DNA from: Camelus dromedarius | Lineage: Eukaryota | Length of the DNA stretch: 64,000 nucleotides | NCBI RefSeq assembly: GCF_036321535.1 | Contig: NC_087436.1 | Span: 80,416,001-80,480,000 of the forward strand | Direction: 5' to 3' | Shown here: positions 40,240 through 54,402 of the stretch, one piece after another | Numbering within the stretch: the first letter of the stretch is position 1 | How the letters are laid out: the number at the start of each line of letters is the position of its first letter | Translations under genes and position numbers: made by a program | Notes under the pieces: generated by a model | The model's input: the letters and a program-made list of their open reading frames with translations, nothing else | What the model was told of the DNA's origin: nothing | Database searches by the model: none

Positions 40240-41342
40240 CTGAAAAATTCCAGTCAGTTTAAACCATATGAAGGAAATGATTGTAGCTGAAAACTGTAAT
40301 GACTAAGTACTACTCTGCAGTCACAAGTAAATGCTGGTTCTGTCACAAAGTTCCATAATTGGTAGACAGACATTTGGCAGATGCACAAAATAGAACTAAT
40401 TTATCATGAAAATGCCATTTTTAAGGGGTGATCTCACAAATGCACTTGACTAAATGTAATTAAACTAAACTATAGCGTCAAGACGAGCATCTTAACTATT
40501 TAGATGCTTTTTTGACCACTAGTAAGTTTTACCTAAAAGTTACAAAAAGTTCATTTAAGAACATTCTCCTCACATGCCTGTACCTCCTCTCCCATCTCTT
40601 ATCTCACCACTCTATGCTCCAGCAGCAGTGAAATTCTTGCTGTTTCCCAGATGTGTCATATTCTTTTTTCCCCTCTGAGCATAGGTAACTCTTTCTTCCC
40701 ACATCACTCTTCCCCATTCTTTTTGGAGGATTAACCTCCTTCTCAACCAGGTTCAACGTGTAACTCAGCAGGTGTCTCTCCCAGGAGAGAGACACCTGTG
40801 ATGTGTTCCCAAAGCACCTTGCTTCCGGCGGAGCACTGAGTACACCCGACTGGATTGCTTTGTTATCAGTCTTCCCTCCTAGTCTGCATGCTCCAAGACC
40901 TGCCCCAGGGGCTTTCTCACTCACATTTTATCCCAGTCCCTAATTCAATGCCTCACCCCCAACAGACACCAAAGAAATACCTGTCCAAGCAATCAATACA
41001 AAAATACTAGTTTTACCTATTCAACATATACCATTACATTTATTGATTGCATTCTTTTCTTTTTATCTGCCTTAACCTCCAACAATGTGTAACTAATTTA
41101 CACAAACTCTTTTTAAAATTACATGTGACATATAACTAATGAAAAATTTAAAGATCTAGAAAATTAAAGGGGAAAAAACTCATTATTTCACTGCAAAAAT
41201 GCAACAATTTTTTCATGAAGTTTTAAATAAAACTGAGATTAAAGAAAAAAGAAATGTTAAAAGCAAAAAAGTAGAACAAAGAGTTCTGGTGGAAAATATC
41301 AAAGACAAATTCAAGTTGGCAAACTGAACCTAAAAGAGTTAC

Positions 41343-41572
41343 CTTCCAACATGCAGGTTAATGAGGCAGTGAGCCAGACAGCTAATGAATTCTTGGTCAT
41401 GGTTCCCAGGGCCCAGAATCAAGTTCCTGTTCACAGTCAGGACCCGGAGTGAATCAAGGAGAGCTACTTGCTGCGGAACGGTTTTGTGCGCACGGGAGAA
41501 TTGGTACAAGATGGTCCTATTGAGGCAGTGATAAACCGCATCCAGTGACAATCCCTGCGATCTTCTTTTTGA
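41343..41572 (-). CDS. WDFY3: WDFY3 exon (SKRRSQGLSLDAVYHCLNRT...INLHVG)
   Basis: 230 nt, phase 0/2. Confidence 0.95.
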
Positions 41573-42676
41573 CTAAAGATATGAGAGATACTTTATTTAG
41601 TAAAATGGACCAAAAAAAAATCTGCTTATCATTCATACACGAACATTTATTAGGTTTATTATGTACTAGACACCATGGTAAGTACTGGGATGCTATGTTA
41701 AAAAATACAAATCTCTTGCTTTTGTGAGGTTCAGAACCCAAGAAATACACAAATGTAATTCAATGCGATGAGTGCTGTGGATGAATGCATCTCTTGATGA
41801 GGAGAGCTGCTAGCACTCCTGTGGGGCAGAGACGCCTCTCTGAGAACACGAAGAAGTGCCCTCTGGGTAGGGTCACCCACCCACCCAGTTTTGTTAGGGT
41901 CATGGATCTCTACTCAAAATTACTAAGATAAATAAATAAATAAAAATTTAAAAATTACCTAAAATGTTCGTAAAAAACTACTTCTAACATTCTAGTTTTA
42001 TCTCCTCACTTGAGAACTTCTCTTCGGCTTAAATAGAAATTTATTCTTAAAAAATTCCTGGGTGACACGCAGGAACCTCTGCACCATATGCTAACGACAC
42101 ACGACAACGGCTATTTCCTACTTTTACATTGCGTGTTGAATAAGATGAATCACTGGTGCCAAACGAGGCCAATATTCCTTAGTCAAGGGTACCACAGACA
42201 TGCACTAAAATGACATCTTCAAAGGAATAAGGACTACTATGGACTTTGTAAAGATTCAATTACACGAAGAGAATGCTCTTAATATCAACCCTTCATCCTC
42301 TGTAAAGCTTTATACACTGATGCAACATACTATAAAACCTATCAAATCCTATTAGTGCAAAGTCTTTAAACCAAAAGGAAGCCATCCAGCTGTGTGGGCA
42401 GCAAAGAGCAATACCAGTGCGGAAGTCAGTCAGAGTCCACAGCTCGAGAGAATGAGGAAGCTTAACATGTTAAAAACACTGGCACCAGGCTATGGCTACA
42501 GAGGGGTGGGGTTACAGGCCTACATGTTTTATTCATTTTCAATTAGCTGCACTTTACATTAAATGTCAACATTCATTACCTTATTAATTAATTTATGTCC
42601 AAAAATTTTGACACCTTAGGCAAAGTTTTTCAACAGGAAAACATGTACTTCTACGGCTAATATGACAATGGATTAC

Positions 42677-42837
42677 CTGTGCAATTAGTTGAATTATAAA
42701 ATCGATAAGAAGTTTAGATTCTTTGTTGAACATGCCTTGCCAAAGCTTGTCCACCACACGTTGTGTGAAATAAAACACGTTGTTCACCAATATCTGGTAG
42801 CTCCCTCCACTGGTGATAGGCAGAGATGCATCTTCCC
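42677..42837 (-). CDS. WDFY3: WDFY3 exon (EDASLPITSGG...VVDKLWQGMF...QLIAQ)
   Basis: 161 nt, phase 1/0. Confidence 0.95.
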
Positions 42838-43939
42838 CTAAATTCCAGCAGGGAAAAAATGTCTAAGAAAACTGCTGTCCAGCAGCACAAGAGCAGATCC
42901 TCAAACAAATCAGGCTTAGGCAAAATGAGGACATCCACTGCACTTAGAAGTGGGACCGTCAGCTCTCACGTATGACTGTAAGCAAACGATGCTTACGGCC
43001 AGACGTCAGAGACATGTCGGAAGAAGTAATTTCTTCGGGATGAAAGTATTACAGATTGAGACTGAAGTCTCTTACTGCCATAAGACAGTCTGTAAAAAGC
43101 TAACTGTTCCTCAACTTAAACTGTCAGTGACAGATGATTTCCCTTTGAGAGAAAAATTAAGTCAGTTTATTAGCTGTAAATTGATTCTGTGTAAGTAATG
43201 AAAGTGTAAAGCAAACCATTAAACAAAACTCTGTTTCTGACTGTACCTCTAAGCACAAGGAAGTGATACAGGCAGAAGAGAGGTTCAGAAGATCTGTGAA
43301 AAATAAACCACAATCAGCGGTGGTGGTGCCTAGGGGGCCTGTTCACCCCTCCGTGAGTCTGGTTCTCTCCTGCCGGCTGCTCCAGTGCCTTCAGTGCGCT
43401 TGCTGTGTGCACGCTGCCTCCAGGCTGACCCTCCTGGCTCCTCCTCCGACCGAGAATGCCCCCTCCAAGCCCCTCCTCTCTGCAAGTTAGGAGCCCGCAC
43501 TGATTGTGATGACGGTTCCCACCTAACTCTGAATCACTCCATGATGCAAAACTCTTCGTTTTGTGTCTTTATGTAGTAAGACCGATACTATAAGATTCTC
43601 AAGTGATAAAAACAAAGTTTGACTTGACACCATGATTTGAGAGTTGCATGTTAAGACAATACTAAAGATTTCTTGGCAAATTTACTTTGTTAAAAAAAAA
43701 AAAAAGATAATGTTATAGCATGAAGGTCCTATGATTAATACTATCACTAGGAACTCGAGTGGCAAATATTCTAAATCATTACTTTTCCTTCTCCTTTAAA
43801 CTTTATCATTTTTATATATAAATGTTAGCTCCATTTTTACATATAAATGTTTACAGTTTTATTGTAACTAGATAGAGACACACAAAAAAAATGTTTTAAT
43901 GTGCTTTGATTTTATGTTCTGGAAGCCACTCTGAAGAAT

Positions 43940-44480
43940 AACACAGATACCTAGACCCAACAATTCCAATCATAGGTGTAGACTCAACAGATACGTATAA
44001 ATATTACACACATGTGTGGCCCATATGAATAAGACATTTATAGCAGGTTTATTTCTACTTGTCTCCAACTAGAAACTACCAAATGTCCATCAATAGCAAA
44101 ATGGATAAATTTATATATTTATACAATAGGACACTACATAGTGATGAAAATAAATGGACGTCTGCTACATGCAACAACATGGAAAAATCTCACAAATATA
44201 ATGTTGAGTGTGAAATGCTAGACTAAAGATATTGCATGATTCTGTGTATATAAGGCTCAAAAGCAGGCAAAATGAATCTGCTATTTTCGCAGCTGAGACA
44301 GTGACTTGGTGAGCAGTAACTGGGTCAGGGCAGGAGGGCACTTCCAAATGTGCTGGTAACGCATTTCCATCTGAGTGGTCTTACACAGGCATGCTGTCTG
44401 GCTGGCAATTCATGGAGTGCTGCATTTATCATTTGTTTCTTTGTAAGTATATTACAGTAAGTTAATTTTAAAAAGTATTG
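43940..44480 (+). mobile_element. Old L1 (L1ME/MC-type) 3' fragment
   Basis: ccaaatgtccatcaatagcaaaatggataaat; gctacatgcaacaacatggaaaaatctcacaaatataatgttgagtg. Confidence 0.8.
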
Positions 44481-44797
44481 ATTATTAATAAATACAACCT
44501 GCTTACATATTATAGTTTTAAAAACTTTTTTTCCTCTTTCCTTGTCCTCTTCCTGCCACTTCTTAGTGTACAAATGTGGACAAGCAGCTTAAGTGCTTCT
44601 TGCTGATGATTCTTTATCTCAGGTTCAAAGGGAAGAGCTGGGCGGGCACATTTCTCATCATAGAAAATATCAGTAAGAGGGGAAATGCACAAAAAAGTAG
44701 TAAAGAGATAAAGTTCAAAAGAAGGTATACTTGGGGTTTGGGCAGAGCAGAGTGATTATAGGTCCTTTCACAAAGTGAAAATAAAACAGAGTGTTAC

Positions 44798-44897
44798 CCA
44801 GTAAGACATCAGCTGCAAGCAAATGGTCCATCACACTATCCAAAATGTAAGTCTGAAATTCCTTCTGCTGAGTTCTTGTAGATCTTTCAGGGGAAGC
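44798..44897 (-). CDS. WDFY3: WDFY3 exon (ASPERSTRTQQKEFQTYILDSVMDHLLAADVLL)
   Basis: 100 nt, phase 0/1, translated by hand. Confidence 0.94.
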
Positions 44898-45087
44898 CTA
44901 GTCAATAAAATTCAGAATTAGAAACAGAACCAACCAAACAAAGGCTCAACTACAGTTACATTACCATAGTTACATAATTATATAAAACAAACCTGCTGGT
45001 AAGTAATAAAATATGTCACGAGAGACAGAATGTATACTTATATGCTCTTATTTCTCTGACCACAGATTAAAAAACAATTGAAGTGGC

Positions 45088-45225
45088 AGAGGAGGGTACA
45101 GCTCAGTGGTAGAGCACGTGCTTAGTACGCAATGGTTCAACCCCCAGTACCTTCATTTAATAAACAAACAAACAAAGAAACCTAATTCTCCCCCCCAAGA
45201 ATAAAAGCTTAAAGAAATAATTTTT
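45088..45225 (+). mobile_element. Camelid-type tRNA SINE with an internal deletion
   Basis: ggagggtacagctcagtggtagagcacgtgcttag...ggttcaacccccagtacc...cctaattctccccc. Confidence 0.85.
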
Positions 45226-47780
45226 TTTAATGGAAGCAAAGGTGAAACACCTTGTTTCGAATCCATTCCTCTAAAAATAGTATTCTAAATACTTAAAGTA
45301 TTTAATAAATATTCGGTATCTATGATTATACTTCACTTCCAAAAGAGATCTGGCAGTTTCTAATAAGATACAGGTAAAATAATTAACCATAAAGCCATTT
45401 AAACAAACTCTAAAACTCAGGAATCTAGTAACCAAGACGGTGAAGTCAATGGGGAGGGGAGTATTTATATCAAAAAGTTAATTAAGCACAAAATTTAGCT
45501 TTGAGCATCCTAGGGTCAAGAAGGAGCGAAAAAAAGATAGTATGATTTACAAAGCTTTTTATTATCTATAAAAGGGAGCACACTAGATAGTCAGCAATGT
45601 TTTCCTAAAACTGTTCTGAGAAGAATGTTCCCTGTGGGTTTTTATAAAGTGGACGACAAACCACTCTATAGGTAGACCTTTGATGATGGTTTTATACAGT
45701 ACAAAGATGATTTTTCAAATTATCTTGAATAAAAGCTCAGGGCACAAAGATAAACTACAGCTCAGGGTGGCTTTCACTCTGACATGAATGGGGAGGTCTT
45801 TGAGAAGATGGCTGGGGTAGAAAGCAGTGAACTGCTCAACTACAGAAAAATGCCTATGGCGTCAGACAAGCACACGCTCCAAGGCAGCCTCCTTAGTTTC
45901 ATTATCCTTCCCTCCTTCTGCAGATACAAATACTTTTTGATCTGCTCTCATATACTTCCCTTCCGCTGCCACAATGGTATTCCTGTGCAGCAAGCTCATT
46001 TGGCCCGCCCCACATGTCTGCTGATGACAGCGAGGACACTGGTGAAGGGGAGCTGCGAGAGGCCCTGGATGCCCCTGTATGAGCCAACACCGGCCACGTA
46101 ACTTTCTGAGCAAGTCTTATGTGCCAGGCTCTGTGTTATGAATCTTAAGCATATTATCTTATCTAATTCTCCTAACAGTCCTCAGAGATAGGTTCTATTT
46201 TTACAGCATTTTAGAGATAGACAAACTGATGGGGTGAAGGGAACTGAGCTTGGCTGAGGTCACAGCCATAAACAACACACGTTTAATCTCTCAAAAGAGT
46301 TTTGCTGGGAGATTTACATATATTTAACTCTCATAACAATCATGCAGGGGTGACAGTATATAGTCTCATTCTCCAGAGAATGAACTTAGCTCAGTGAGAT
46401 GAAAATGTTTATATAATGAACAGCAGGGCCAGATTCGAACCAGGTCCTTCTCACTCCAAAACCCATGATTTTTCTATGACACTCCATGGTCTTCCTTGTA
46501 TTTGGCCTCAGAGTCCCACTCAAACCAGTTTATCTGAATGGGAATCTTCTACTTCTATAGATTGCTAATGAAGATAATTTCACACACTCTTTTCTATATA
46601 TAATCACGTAAATACATACTCTTACGATGAAATCCCAGCAACCGTAAAACTGAAAATAACCTGGCGTGAGCATATCAGACTGAAAGTCAGTTGGTTCAAA
46701 CCCCTTTCCCTGCAGTAGTAAATGGTACATATATAGGGTAATTCTTTTCTTGAATTTCTTCAAGAAAATTTCTTCACTCGCAATCCTATGCTTGTAATTT
46801 ATTTTTTTACATTATAGGAATACATGGAGAGCAACAGTATTTCCACTAAATTTTTTCTGTGTGTGTATTGGATCTGAAATTTCCCTAAGCATTTATTTCT
46901 AGAAGTAAATTTAAATCTCTGTTATTAGATGGTATCATATTTTCCTGTCTGGGAATTGCCCAGGGGTGTAGTTATAGTCAAATGATTAAAAAGTACTTTA
47001 AGAACACACCATGGCACTGTGCTAATTTTGTGAGAGATGAAAGGACACAGGAAAGCTGGTCCCTAAGTTAAGAACTTAATCATCTATTTGAGGGGTTCAG
47101 TCTTGACGTTCTCTTGTTCTCTCTCCTACCACCTAGTCCCTCGTACGCAATTCCACTGTAAAGCAAATTAAGTGTCCACAACGAGCATGTTACCTCAAGG
47201 TTAACGCATGTCGTATCAAACCTTCCTTACTGAAAAATACAGAAAACCTAAATAAAAGACAACTGTATCGTTCACCCATAGCCAGTTAATTAGCTATTAA
47301 GATTCCTACAAGATGGAAAATGTCATTCCTGGGAACATGCATTTACGCCATTTCTTCTACACATGTGTACTTTATTTTTTGTTTCAGCTATGCTTTCTAC
47401 ACACATCCATTCTGAATTTTATTCTCTTATTTTCTGATAACCACTTTATTTTGTATAGAGTGCTTCAAATTCTTCCCTGATGTGCTGGGATACGAGCCAT
47501 CTCTCTTCTTACCTGTAACATGTCCAAAGGGGACAAGCTCTCACTGGCACATGCTTTTAAATTCTACCACAGGGATTACAGATGAAAAAGACTATTTTTT
47601 CTGCCAGTTTTAAACACTGTGGTCCTGTTTAATTTAATTAAACAGGAAACTGCATAGCATGACTAGTAACTAAAATACATTAGTGATTTCTTTTAATTGA
47701 CCAAACTGAGGTATTTTCATATGACCAAGACAAAACATCTGCTGCGGTTTTAAGGTTTCAAATGAAAAGTTAACTGTTTT

Positions 47781-47798
47781 AGCCACTAGAGGGAGCAG
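47781..47798 (+). promoter_or_regulatory. Candidate CTCF core motif
   Basis: CCACTAGAGGGAGC at 47783-47796 is one mismatch from CCASYAGRKGGCRS; motif match only. Confidence 0.4.
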
Positions 47799-48145
47799 AG
47801 AAAGTGCAGGTTCAGCTGTCAACCGGCTGAGCAGCCCAGAGGAAGCTCCTCAGACAGATATGTAGTTGGTCTCCTGCACTGATTGAGTCTTTCATAAAAC
47901 ATTATTTTCACAACTCTGGCACGGGCCACTTGACCCTATTTATATGACTTGACCAGAAGAATGAACATATAGGAAGCTATTATACATTAGATTCCCTTCT
48001 GTGATCTTTTATTTTCTCAAGACCTTTCTAGGTGAACATGTGGTTTTCAGGGATGGCCAATTTCTGGAGTCAGCAGTGTGGCCACTTAGGGTTTGCTTTC
48101 TGACGCATCAGCTGACTCTCTTCTCTTATCAAGAGAGAATGAGCA

Positions 48146-48498
48146 AGAGCAATGGACTAAATGTTTTGGTCCCTTCAAAATTCCTAAGTTAAGCCCTAAC
48201 CCTCAATGTGATGGTATTAAGGGATGGAACTCTCCCAGGGATCAAAAGGTTTAGATGAGGCCATGAGGGTAGAGCCCCGTGGGGGGATTCATGCCCTTAA
48301 AGAAGTGGAAGAAACACCAGAGCTCTTTCTCTGCCACATGAGAGCAGGGGCAGCCATCTGCAGGCCAGGAAGGGGGCCTGCCCTTACCAGGACCTGACCA
48401 AGCTGACATCAGACTTTAGTCTCCAGGGCCGTGGGAAGTAACTGCTATCAAAGCCACCCAGTCCATGGTAATCTGTCACAGTAGCCTGAGCTAAGACA
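48146..48498 (+). mobile_element. MaLR solo LTR, MLT1A-like
   Basis: atggactaaatgttttggtccc...cctcaatgtgatggtatta...aagccacccagtccatggta...gagctaagaca. Confidence 0.85.
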
Positions 48499-48685
48499 CC
48501 AAGCAACCTACAAGTTTGCTGCCTTGTAAAATTCAGTAACTGCATATTGAGCACCTACTATGTGCAACGCACCATGTCTCAAGCCGCACAGGATACTAAC
48601 AGCAATAGTACCATAAGTGGTACATAAGAGGGGCTGGAGGAAGGAGTCATAAGCTGAGGGGACGATGCTGCTGTAAGTGATGAGG

Positions 48686-48891
48686 GAAGGAGTTGGCACA
48701 CTATGGCCTGTGGGCCAAATCCAGCCTACACCTGTTTTATCAGAACTCGGCCACACTCACTCGTTTATGTAGTCTCTGTGGCCACTTGCTAGCTACAAGG
48801 GCAGAGTGGGGTAGCTGTGAGGGACTGTATGGCCACGAAGTTTAACATGTTTACTATCCGACCTTTCACAGAAGACTTTGTCAATTCCTGG
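48686..48891. mobile_element. MER58A-like hAT-Charlie remnant
   Basis: gttggcacactatggcctgtgggccaaatccagcc...tttactatccgacctttcacagaag...ttcctg. Confidence 0.85.
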
Positions 48892-49135
48892 TCTAGGGAA
48901 AGGGTAATAAAGGACTGCATTAAGGATATGCCAAGGGGAGTAGAAAGAAGAGAAACGAATCAATAGGGTATTTGGGATAAAAAAATTCCCACAGCCCATA
49001 ATATATATGTTCTGCCTTTACAACCCAAAAGAATTAGAAATCTGAAAGATACCTGACATAAAACCTGCTTGGTCATTAATAGTCTCATTATAAAAACCAT
49101 GCAAAAGAGATGTAACTGCATTTCTTTGTCTTTAC

Positions 49136-49369
49136 CTCCAAGAGAAGGTCAATCAGTGGAGTCTGCTTGCTGGCAGGGGTAAGGCAGAGGTTGTCTATGA
49201 TTAAGACCCGCATGAAGTCAAAAACGAACTTTTTAGCCGGGTGATTGGTCAGGTACGTCTTGACGCCCACATTGCAGTACTCTGACTGGCTTCTGTTCAT
49301 CCCTGTGTCTGCTGCAAAAGCTTTGAATTCTTCGGCTGGAGATCCAACTTCATCATCGAGATCAGTCAC
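49136..49369 (-). CDS. WDFY3: WDFY3 exon (VTDLDDEVGSPAEEF...PLIDLLLE)
   Basis: 234 nt, phase 0/0. Confidence 0.95.
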
Positions 49370-50718
49370 CTAATAAAGTCAAGTGGAAATATATGCTAGT
49401 CCTATTCGATTTTACTTGATATTTTTACCTCCATGTTTCCTAAAAACCAAATTGTAGCAGCAACAGTACCTTCCTTCAATATTTACCTCCTGCTAAGCTA
49501 TTCAACACAACAGGCACTTTACTTCGCTTTACCTGAGCCCTCCTTGCAGGGTGGTAATTGGGCGCCGCGCATCATGATTACTCAACATGTTGTGCTTACT
49601 TTCCTAATATTAAGCTACTGACTGGCCACTAATCATATAACTGCTTTGTGTTGAATTTTACCTCTGCTGTGGATAACTGCACTTGAAATAAATGAAGTAA
49701 TAAAATGAGAATGACTAAATTTGCATATTTGAAACATACCTACTGAGAAGTCAAGCACCATAGAACTTCAGGTAAAGATCAGGCATAATGGTTATATCCA
49801 AGGGCTGATACATTTTTGCAGGTTGAAAAAAACCCAAATAAATAAATAAACAACAACAAAGCTAGTGCTAATTTTGAGCGAAGAGAAAAAGAAAGGACGA
49901 GAAGGTAGGTTACAAGATGCTGACAAGGAAAAAATATCGAGATATTACTAAAAGTCTGTTTTCACCAAAATTGTGGATTTTAAAATTATAACCAAGCTGC
50001 AGTGTTAAGGTCATGTGCTATTCTTGTCTTTCTCCTAAAAGTCCCCACAATTTTAGAAAAAGTATTTCACCTTTATACATGAAGAAAAATTAGCGTAAAG
50101 AAGGGACTTTATTCTAGGCTCTAGAATAAATGGTAGAGTGGAAGCATCATTAAATTCTGAAGTACTATGGCGGAAAAACTGTCTTTTGCATTTGTTTTAA
50201 AGGACAAAAGAAGTATACTATATATGATTATACTCTAATAACTTTCTATTCAGTTAGTGCAAAACATGAAAAATAACAATTGAACAAATACAAAAAGCTG
50301 AACAAAAGGGACAGGCACACATTTCATTTTTTATAAAGACATGCAATCCTGGAATTAATTTTTAAGGACTGAATCCAGGAGATGCTTAATTCCTGAGATG
50401 AATGAAGTGGAAATAAATTTGGTCTGACTAGAGTTCTGTAACCTAACTTCACATCCACATAGCTATCATCACATGTAACAAGAAAAGGATCAACAACTAC
50501 TTGGAACAGGAAGTCACTAGCAGTAAATGAAAACAGGAAATGGAGTTCACTGCTATTTTAGGGGAACAAAGAAGGCAGACACCAGATAATGATGCAAGAG
50601 GCGAAGCTGAAAGTTATGAAACTGTAACTTGGTCAGAAGCTTAAAAGACTGGCCAAAAAACAGTGTGTTAACCATTGGAGAAGATTCATCCCAGGTCTGA
50701 TCTCCGCCCCCTTCCTAC

Positions 50719-50898
50719 CATCTCTGAGTATGGGCGAATGTTGAAGGGGAAGACTGTGGCTGCCAGTGCGCACAGGAAGTCAGGGCTCATCCACATGGAG
50801 GCCAGGTCTGGGACGTTGTGATACAAGTATCTGAAGAATTGCATCAAGGTCACAGGATATTCTCGGAGCCAAGATCCCTCTTCTTCTGACTGCCAAGG
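50719..50898 (-). CDS. WDFY3: WDFY3 exon (PWQSEEEGSWLREYPVTLMQFFRYLY...RPYSEM)
   Basis: 180 nt, phase 0/0, translated by hand. Confidence 0.95.
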
Positions 50899-51302
50899 CT
50901 GTCACGGGGACAAGAGAGGAAATAACACGTTAGAGACTGACACTGCTGAAAGTTACTACTCTTCTGAAACTGGATATACTGATGGTCCAGAACTCTCTTA
51001 TAAACCACACACAGGCCAGTAAATCGAGAAAAAAGCTAAAACAAAGTCAGTTCCCCTAGTGACTGACAGGAGTACTCACAGCTCAGTAACTGGAGTCAGT
51101 GGTTTTGATTATTCACCGTTATCAGCATGAGTATGGCTGTATGTGGCTGTATGTGACTGTATTACTGTCAGGGCTGCCCCATACTCCATTGTGCTGGAGA
51201 GTTAGGAGTAAGACAAAAATAGGGAAGTTGCTTCACCTTTCTGAGCCTCACATCGTCATATACAGAATGGTAAGAATAATGCTCTTAACCATTATGCAAT
51301 TG

Positions 51303-52120
51303 TGATACTGTGATTTATAGTAAGAAATATATATTTAGTCTTTGTCCCACTCTAGGCACAGGGATTCTGAAACCTTTGGCGTTTCCTAAGTGATGAGTTG
51401 TAAATGTGTCTTTATGTTAATCATAACAAGCTCCTTTCAACCACACCTGAGTTTATGTTGATCAGGCGACTTCTGAAAGGTGTCTAAGGATTGAGGCTGG
51501 CCAGGGGAACTGAGCATGTTACTAGAAGGTTGGAATTCGACCTAACCTGCTCCCCTACAATCTCCAGGGAGAAAGGAAGGGCTGGAGGTTGAGTTCAATC
51601 ACCAACAACCAACGATTTAATCAAATATGTCCATATAATGAAGCCGTCATAAAAATCAAAAGCAAGGGTTCAGAGAGCTTCTGGATTGGTGAATACCTGG
51701 AAGCACTGAGAGAGTGGCAGGACAGAGAGAGCACGGAAGCTCCGTGTCCCTTCCACACTGCCCTAGGCATCTCCTCCATCTGGCTGCTCAGGACTTACAT
51801 CCTTTTATAATAAACTAGTATGTAGAATGTTTGCCTGAGTCACGGGAGCCCCCGAATTATAACTGGTGAGTCAGAAGCACAGGTAACAACCTACCCTGGA
51901 CTTGTCAGTGGGGGGCAGGGGGCACTCTTCTGGACTGAGCTCTTAACCCTTGGGACCTGATGCTATGTCCAGGTAGACAGTGTCAGAAATGAACTGAATT
52001 GTGGAACACCTAGCTGGTGTGGCAAAGCCTCCCACATACTTGGTGACCAGAAGAATCAGAAGTAAAGTAGTACTGTAGTAGAATACTGAGTAAAGGAGAC
52101 ACACAGGAGTTATTTTTCCT
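51303..52120 (+). mobile_element. MER21-like solo LTR
   Basis: tgatactgtgatttatagtaagaaatatatattt...caaccacacctgagtttatg...atccttttataataaact...cacatacttggtgaccagaag. Confidence 0.8.
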
Positions 52121-52719
52121 TTAAAAGCATTACAACAATGATGATGATGATGACGATAAAAAAGTAACAAAAAAGAATATATTTAAACAATGCTTATCTC
52201 CTGATACTTGCCCAAAGAGTGGTTTTTTTTTAACTTAGATTTTTAGAATTGTTTATGAATAAAAACCAAAACCAGAATCCCAAAGCATTCTAAATTAATA
52301 CATTTAATAGCAATGTTCTTTTCTTAGATGGCATAAGAATAGTTTCGACTAAAATCAGAATTGTCAGATACTTGTAATCCAAAGGGCTGAGTTAATAATC
52401 CCTCTTACAATGTGATCCTAAGTTGTGTAAACAAATAAAGTTATAATTCAGAGTAGTTTTGTAAAATAGACAGGAACATACATTTTGCCATTACTCTTTC
52501 AATTCTTCAAATCTAAGTGAGAAACAATTAGAACAGAAAACACATAAACAAATACAAAATAAAAGCTGCACTGGTAACATTTTAAATCTCTAAGTGAAAG
52601 TGATTTTAAAAGTTCAAATAACATTATTATCAAATGACATACACTACAATACGTATTCATTATACACATGTATACACTGAAATATATAGTTTATAGCACT
52701 AACGGTATCAGTTAACACT

Positions 52720-52930
52720 TAGGAAGCACTTACAGTATACCAGGCACTTTTGTTAAGTGCTTTGTGTATATACTAACTCCTAAATCCTCACAACAGTCCT
52801 AAGAGATAAATTCTATTATCATCAGCATTTTATATGGAGGAAACTGAGGCACATGGAGTTTAGTATATATGAAGTACCAGAGTTAGGATCTGAACCAGCT
52901 CCTGAGTCCAGGGTCTTAACAATGGTACAG
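52720..52930 (-). mobile_element. MIR
   Basis: cattttatatggaggaaactgaggcaca core. Confidence 0.75.
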
Positions 52931-53067
52931 TCCATCCTTACATTAAAGGGAGCAAAACAGAGAGGCTGACGTTTCAGGGACCATGTAGTAAATAGTTACA
53001 TTACCAAAGGACTTTCCTATTAAAAAAAAAAAAGTCCCAGTGGGTACCAGTATCTCAGGAAACTCAC

Positions 53068-53202
53068 TGAGTTCAGCATGCTGCGGAGCATTCCCAGCAG
53101 TAAAAAAGCAGCTTCTGTACACACATTATGGATAGAAGAGACCACAGTTCCACTGGAGGCAGGAACTCCAAAGATAAATGTCCAAATGGAATCTAAATCA
53201 AA
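53068..53202 (-). CDS. WDFY3: WDFY3 exon (FDLDSIWTFIFGVP...LRSMLNS)
   Basis: 135 nt, phase 0/0, gtgagt donor. Confidence 0.95.
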
Positions 53203-54402
53203 CTGCAGAGGTGAAAGTGAAAAGATTAGCCACTGGCCATTTTTTTTCAGTAGAGACCATCATAAATTCTAACAGTCTAAAATTTCTTTGAAATGAACTA
53301 GTTTTTTCCAAAGTGAGCAAAGCGCGAGAGACCTAGCACTCCTCTCTCCTATCTGTCTTTTAAAACTCATTTTTACATTTGTAAGAAAAAGCAAATATTG
53401 TGTATCATCCTATCTTAGGTATCTATGTTAAAAACATCATTTTCTACTTTTTTCTCTAAAGAAAGCAAACAAAAATAAAATACCTACTAATTAGCCAGGT
53501 GAAGTTAAAGAACTGATGATTTTAAGCAGGCTCTTTTCAAAAAGTATGTTGAACTTACTTTTTTTCCCCGCTCTCAGCAATGTTCTAATTCACTTTTAGA
53601 CTACATACAGATTAAGATTTGACAAAGTAAAAATCATTTTGAGGAGATTTATTCATAGCAGTTTTATATAACACTTTATGACTATGGTGTCACACTTATT
53701 TTGAAAATTACATAACCAACTAAACTCTGCTAAGCATGAATCCATATCTTGATTTAATGTAAGTGTACAGATTCAGTATTTTTATTTAAAAGGTTTTGTC
53801 AATTACTAGAGTTGATGTGAATAGTATTTTAGCATTTTTAAGGAAGTATAATTGAGTTTAAAACTGAATTTCTACGTCTTTGCAGTGTCATAAACATAAG
53901 CTAAATATAGATACCCACAACTGCCTTAGATTAGAAATCAGTTAAACTTTACTGTTTTCCTAACGTGGACACTGTCTATCATTAAGAACTTAAAAACATT
54001 TTTCTAGTCAGAACATCCACCAAGAATCCTTCCATACCCACCCAATTAATTTATGGTATGCACACTACTTCCTTCATTTTTAATTCCACAGAAATTAAAT
54101 TATATTCCTATAAAATCACACTACTTGAAAGAATTCCTTAGATCACTGTTAAAATATCATCCAAAGTCTTCACACGTACATAATCACATAGAGTAACTAT
54201 AAAAGAGAGAAAGACCACATCGGGACAAAGGACTTCTTTTTAGAAAATTTTTCTATGGTGTTTTCAGATTTTCCTGTCCCACATCAAGTTCCAAATGTGA
54301 GAAAGGGATGGTACCAGCTGGTTTCACTGTGATGAACCCATTACCCTATGGTGACTTTTTGGCAAATGTAATGACACTTACACCCTACTAGATAATTCCT
54401 AC

